Assembly: GCA_021851265.1 (NCBI GenBank)
Contig: JAJZIG010000001.1
Location: forward strand, 84 to 64,083
Length of the DNA stretch: 64,000 nt
From: an archaeon
GTDB lineage: Archaea > Thermoproteota > Nitrososphaeria > Nitrososphaerales > Gagatemarchaeaceae
Reading direction: 5' to 3'
Shown here: positions 63,648 to 64,000 of the stretch, one piece after another
How positions within the stretch are numbered: the stretch's first letter is position 1
Layout: each line of letters begins with the position of its first letter
Position numbers and translations under genes: made by a program
Notes under the pieces: generated by a model
What the model saw: only the letters and a program-made list of their open reading frames with translations
Told to the model about the DNA's origin: nothing
The model's database searches: none

Positions 63648-63751
63648 GCCTGAGTGGAAGGCCTACTGGCGAGGTTAAGCATATCGAAGCCCTCGCTGCC
63701 GCGCTGTGCGGATGCGAGGTACTCTCGATCATCTGCAGTAGGGTCCAGTTC

Positions 63752-63758
63752 ATTTAAC
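63752..63758 (+). promoter_or_regulatory. TATA-like box for the gene at 63781
   Basis: atttaac, about 27 nt upstream of the ATG. Confidence 0.35.
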
Positions 63759-63780
63759 GGACTGTACGGAGGCGGCCGGC

Positions 63781-64000
63781 ATGACTGGGCGCGAGCGAGG
63801 AATCCTAAGCTTGTCTCGCTCACTTCTGGTGAACAGGAACATCAGGGCGATTGCCATCACAGGTCTGATTTCCGGCGTCTACATCGGGATGCTCAACGTC
63901 GCCCTCCAACTCTTCCCAGGGACCCTTGGCTTTGGCGTGGCCGCTTTGGGTGTGCTCCAGGCTCTGGGCAACAGGTTCTCCGGGGTGGCGGCAACTTTTG
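63781..64000 (+). CDS. MFS-type transporter, N-terminal fragment (continues beyond the window)
   Basis: Not in the ORF track because it is open at the edge. My translation: MTGRERGILSLSRSLLVNRNIRAIAITGLISGVYIGMLNVALQLFPGTLGFGVAALGVLQALGNRFSGV. Confidence 0.45.
   Translation, partial: MTGRERGILSLSRSLLVNRNIRAIAITGLISGVYIGMLNVALQLFPGTLGFGVAALGVLQALGNRFSGVAATF

Noticed and set aside
1-64000. Search for tRNA, rRNA, CRISPR arrays, integrases or transposases
   Set aside because: By-eye inspection of all spacers longer than 80 nt showed no cloverleaf-like ends (GGTTCGAATCC-type T-arms), no regularly spaced direct repeats and no recombinase motifs. A tRNAscan, Infernal or CRISPR-finder run is still needed to exclude them formally.

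Overview
GC-rich, densely packed archaeal chromosomal segment with about 70 protein genes. I found no tRNA, rRNA or CRISPR array by eye. Archaeal origin is supported by AglB/STT3, PCNA, PriS plus a GINS-like gene, aIF2-alpha, Nop10, S27e/L44e, RpoL, TFS, Csl4, Dph2, a GHMP-type shikimate kinase and the ADH-synthase/DHQ-synthase-II route to dehydroquinate. F420-related genes (cofE, an LLM oxidoreductase) are also present. I cannot place the lineage more precisely. Layout: (i) 1-5.8 kb is an accessory island bracketed by an intact and a decayed hicAB copy. It holds a DUF4065(Panacea)-PIN pair and a three-gene operon I cannot assign to any named system: a 4-TM protein with a P-loop-less FtsK/HerA-like tail, a disordered protein with a PD-(D/E)xK-like C-terminus, and a 188-aa partner. 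A sharp G+C drop covers the nuclease-like C-terminus and the partner gene. This is my best candidate for an undescribed conflict system. (ii) 5.8-16.7 kb holds a regulator, membrane proteins, three SAM methyltransferases, an F420/LLM oxidoreductase, an acyl-CoA dehydrogenase, a VOC protein and two MFS transporters. (iii) 16.7-35.4 kb is a 19-gene aromatic amino-acid supercluster: pheA, lysC, asd, aroA', aroB', aroD, aroE, aroK, aroA, aroC, a CM-aminotransferase fusion and tyrA, convergent with trpEGDCFBA. (iv) 35.5-47.7 kb is miscellaneous (Nudix, rhomboid, a disrupted aldo/keto reductase, PoxB-like, AlkZ-like, topA operon, cofE). (v) 47.7-64 kb holds gcvTH, aglB, a translation/replication/transcription core, and a rhodanese next to a GcvH-like/TusA-like fusion. 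Recurrent sequence-level patterns are 4-nt NTGA stop/start overlaps (including two CTGA cases that imply CTG initiation for trpA and tfs), TATA-like boxes about 25-30 nt before start codons (leaderless mRNAs), and several single-base frame problems that may be assembly indels. All product calls come from motif recognition by eye. No database search was run.
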